Shown here one piece after another: positions 61,530 to 64,000 of a DNA stretch of 64,000 nt (position 1 is its first letter; each line of letters opens with the position of its first letter). Under the pieces are notes generated by a model that was given only the letters and a program-made list of their open reading frames with translations, made no database searches and was not told the origin of the DNA. The DNA is from an uncultured Gemmatimonadales bacterium. GTDB taxonomy: Bacteria > Gemmatimonadota > Gemmatimonadetes > Gemmatimonadales > Gemmatimonadaceae. A program made the position numbers and the translations under genes. The DNA is taken from assembly GCA_963707505.1 (NCBI GenBank), contig CAVPQB010000004.1, positions 1,184,001-1,248,000 of the forward strand, in the 5' to 3' direction.

Positions 61530-62470
61530 TTCTGTGTCACATCTGAGAGCCGCTCGCGCGGATGGAACTGCTTGTGAACCGAGCGCAGATACTCACGGTC
61601 AACGTGCGTGTATATCTGCGTCGTCGAGATGTCGGCGTGGCCGAGCATTTCCTGTACCGCCCGCAGGTCCGCGCCGCCTTCGAGAAGATGCGTCGCGAAC
61701 GAATGACGTAAGGTATGTGGCGTGACGTGCTTGGTGATACCGCTTGCATCGACGTGCTTGCGCAGGATCTTCCACGCGCCCATGCGCGTCATCGGCTCGC
61801 CTCGCGCGTTGAGGAACAGAATTCCCTCGCCCGATCCCTTCTCCAGCTTTGGCCGTAGCTCGCGCAGGTAGATAGCGACCGCACCCACTGCCTTCCGCCC
61901 GATCGGCACCAGCCGCTCCTTCGCCCCCTTGCCGAAGACGCGCACCAGCGACTCGTCCAGCATGAGGTCGCGCACGCCAAGCGTGATCCATTCGCCTACC
62001 CGGAGTCCGGCGCCGTACGCCAGCTCGAGCATCGCCCGGTCGCGGAACGCCATCGGCTCGTCCAGTGTCGGAGTCTCTATCAGCCTCGCGACCTCTTCCG
62101 CGCTCAATACGTCCGGTAGCTCGCGCCAACGCTTGGGTGTCTCGAGGCGTTCGCTCGGGTCCCGCACCACATGTCCTTCGTTGAGAAGAAACTTGTAGTA
62201 CGTGCGCAACGCGGAGATGTTACGCCGTATCGACGACGGTGCCAGACCCAGGTCCTTCAGATGATAGATGTACGAGCGAAGCGTCGTCGAGCCGACCTCT
62301 TCCGGCGCGTGTGCGCCTTTCGTGAGCGAGTAGTCTGCGAATCGCGCGAGATCGCGGCCGTATGCCTCGACGGTGCGCGGCGACGCACCGTCTTCGAGCG
62401 TCAGGAAGTCCGCGAACGGAGCCAACCAGAAGGCACGCGCGAGGGTCTCTCGCGCCGGTTCAACGCTCAC
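61526..62470 (-). CDS. xerD: Tyrosine recombinase XerD
   Basis: [62 protein letters not shown] start inferred. Confidence 0.93.
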   Translation of the reverse strand: MSVEPARETLARAFWLAPFADFLTLEDGASPRTVEAYGRDLARFADYSLTKGAHAPEEVGSTTLRSYIYHLKDLGLAPSSIRRNISALRTYYKFLLNEGHVVRDPSERLETPKRWRELPDVLSAEEVARLIETPTLDEPMAFRDRAMLELAYGAGLRVGEWITLGVRDLMLDESLVRVFGKGAKERLVPIGRKAVGAVAIYLRELRPKLEKGSGEGILFLNARGEPMTRMGAWKILRKHVDASGITKHVTPHTLRHSFATHLLEGGADLRAVQEMLGHADISTTQIYTHVDREYLRSVHKQFHPRERLSDVTQK

Positions 62471-62966
62471 GTGTGAGCGTGGCGACGGCAATGCACGCGA
62501 TTCCCTCACCTCGGCCGATCCATCCCATCCCTTCGTTCGTCTTTCCCTTCACGCTCACCGCTTGCGCCGTGACACCGAGTGCATCCGCAAGGCGCGCGCG
62601 AATCGCCGGCGCGTGCGGTCCGATGCGCGGAAATTCAGCGATGACAGTAACGTCGATATTCGCGACGGCGAATCCGAGCGCGTGCACGGACGCGACGGCG
62701 CCGCGCAACATCTCGATCGAATCACGACCCTTGTTGGCGTCGTCGCTATCCGGAAACAGCGAGCCGATGTCACCAGCGGCGGCTGCCCCAAGCACTGCGT
62801 CGGTAACGGCGTGAGAAATCGCGTCGGCGTCGGAGTGGCCGAGCAGCGAGACGTCGGCCGGAATGCGCACACCACCGAGTATCAAAGGACCGCCCGGCGT
62901 GAAACGGTGCGAGTCGTAGCCAATGCCGACGCGCGTGCTCACGCCCGTACCAGCGCCTGTGCTCAC
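62460..62966 (-). CDS. ispF: 2-C-methyl-D-erythritol 2,4-cyclodiphosphate synthase
   Basis: RVGIGYDSH, GHSDAD, GDIG, KGKTNEGMG. Confidence 0.97.
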   Translation of the reverse strand: MSTGAGTGVSTRVGIGYDSHRFTPGGPLILGGVRIPADVSLLGHSDADAISHAVTDAVLGAAAAGDIGSLFPDSDDANKGRDSIEMLRGAVASVHALGFAVANIDVTVIAEFPRIGPHAPAIRARLADALGVTAQAVSVKGKTNEGMGWIGRGEGIACIAVATLTRER

Positions 62967-63985
62967 GCCGCGGTAGTGAGAAGCGAGTAGTCCTGACGCC
63001 TGCGAGACGCACTGAAGCCTGCATCGCGGATGAGCCGCTCCATCTCAGCGGTGCTGGTACGATGCGTCGTGTTTGCGGCGGAGACGACGTTCTCCTCGAT
63101 CATGAGCGAGCCGAAATCGTTGCAGCCGAAGCGGAGCGCCAGCTGACCGATCTTCATTCCCATCGTGACCCAGCTGGCCTGGAGGTTCGGAACATTGTCG
63201 AGCACGATGCGCGAGATCGCAACGGTGCGCAGATACTCGGTGGAATCAGTCTTGGGCTGGTTGGACATGCGCGGCGTGTTCTCCGGCTGCAGGGGCCAGC
63301 AGATGAAGGCCGTGAATCCGCCCGTGCGCGCCTGCACCTCGCGCACGCGCTCGAGATGCTCGATGCGCTCTTCCAGAGTCTCGCCGATGCCGTACATCAT
63401 CGTCACGGACGTTTTCATTCCTTCGCCGTGTGCGATCTCCATGATCTCGAGCCAGCGATCCGCGCCTGCCTTCTTTTTCGCGACGAGATCGCGCACTCGC
63501 TGCACGAGGATCTCGCCACCGCCACCGGGAATGGAATCGAGTCCCGCTGACTGCAGCTCGCGGATCACATCGCGCGCATCCATGCGAAACACCGTCGAGA
63601 AGAAGTCGACTTCGCTCGGACTGAATCCGTGAATGTGGATTGGATGATTGCGCTTGATGTAACGCATCAGCTCCAGATACCACTCGAACGGGATGTACGG
63701 ATTGTGACCGCCCTGAATGAGGATCTGGACGGCGCCGAGCGCCTTTGCCTCCTCGATCTTGGCACCGATCTGTTCGAACGAAAGCGTGTAGCCCTCATTG
63801 TCCCTGGGTCGGCGATAGAACGCACAGAATCCGCAATCGGCGACACAGACGTTGGTGTAGTTGATGTTGCGGTCGACGATGTACGTGACCACGTTTCCGG
63901 GGTGCAGCTGTCGCCGGACCTTATCTGCTTCTGCGCCGAGCTCGAGCAGCGAAGCGTTGCGGTAGAAATCGACTATGTCGCGCAT
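62963..63985 (-). CDS. mqnC: Cyclic dehypoxanthine futalosine synthase
   Basis: DRNINYTNVCVADCGFC, SIPGGGGEIL, GCNDFGSLMIEENVV. Confidence 0.92.
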   Translation of the reverse strand: MRDIVDFYRNASLLELGAEADKVRRQLHPGNVVTYIVDRNINYTNVCVADCGFCAFYRRPRDNEGYTLSFEQIGAKIEEAKALGAVQILIQGGHNPYIPFEWYLELMRYIKRNHPIHIHGFSPSEVDFFSTVFRMDARDVIRELQSAGLDSIPGGGGEILVQRVRDLVAKKKAGADRWLEIMEIAHGEGMKTSVTMMYGIGETLEERIEHLERVREVQARTGGFTAFICWPLQPENTPRMSNQPKTDSTEYLRTVAISRIVLDNVPNLQASWVTMGMKIGQLALRFGCNDFGSLMIEENVVSAANTTHRTSTAEMERLIRDAGFSASRRRQDYSLLTTAA

Positions 63986-64000
63986 TGATCAGGCTGCGGT

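Noticed and set aside
61526..62470. Phage or island integrase
   Set aside because: Motifs match housekeeping XerD and it sits inside a core operon

Overview
GC-rich bacterial chromosome segment. Gene content and protein style suggest Gemmatimonadota (inference, not verified). The window appears to span the replication terminus: a near-canonical dif site (GGTGCGTATAA-TATGGA-TTATGTAAACT, 43688-43715) sits where gene orientation flips. Left arm (1-29.4 kb, 27 of 28 CDS on +): rpsI end, rpsB-tsf-pyrH-frr-cdsA-dxr, an orphan histidine kinase, rseP, rpsO-pnp-M16 peptidase-ald, mreBCD-mrdA-rodA, a fused 2-oxoacid dehydrogenase E1 (-), DUF512 radical SAM-der-plsY-gpsA-merR-GT2-surE-pcm-hypothetical, and tRNA-Arg(CCT). 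Middle (29.4-42.6 kb): mixed-strand accessory redox/stress block with gene remnants and several sigma54-like promoter motifs. Right arm (43.7-64 kb, all 19 CDS on -): mqnC-ispF-xerD-trpG/pabA-OMP and kdsB-pyrG-kdsA-kdsD-lptC-lptA-lptB-rpoN-glycosylation module-dapF. Best novelty leads: LptB with an unexplained ~150-aa N-terminal domain, an orphan LexA-type box with no obvious target gene, a repeat-built 17-aa mini-ORF coupling mreC to mreD, a PopZ-like acidic disordered protein after pcm, and a REP-like palindrome pair before rpsB. Clustered frameshifts at 8.6-12.6 kb and 30.7-37 kb are probably sequencing errors. I found no CRISPR array, transposase, phage or defence system. All family calls come from motif recognition by eye; no searches were run.
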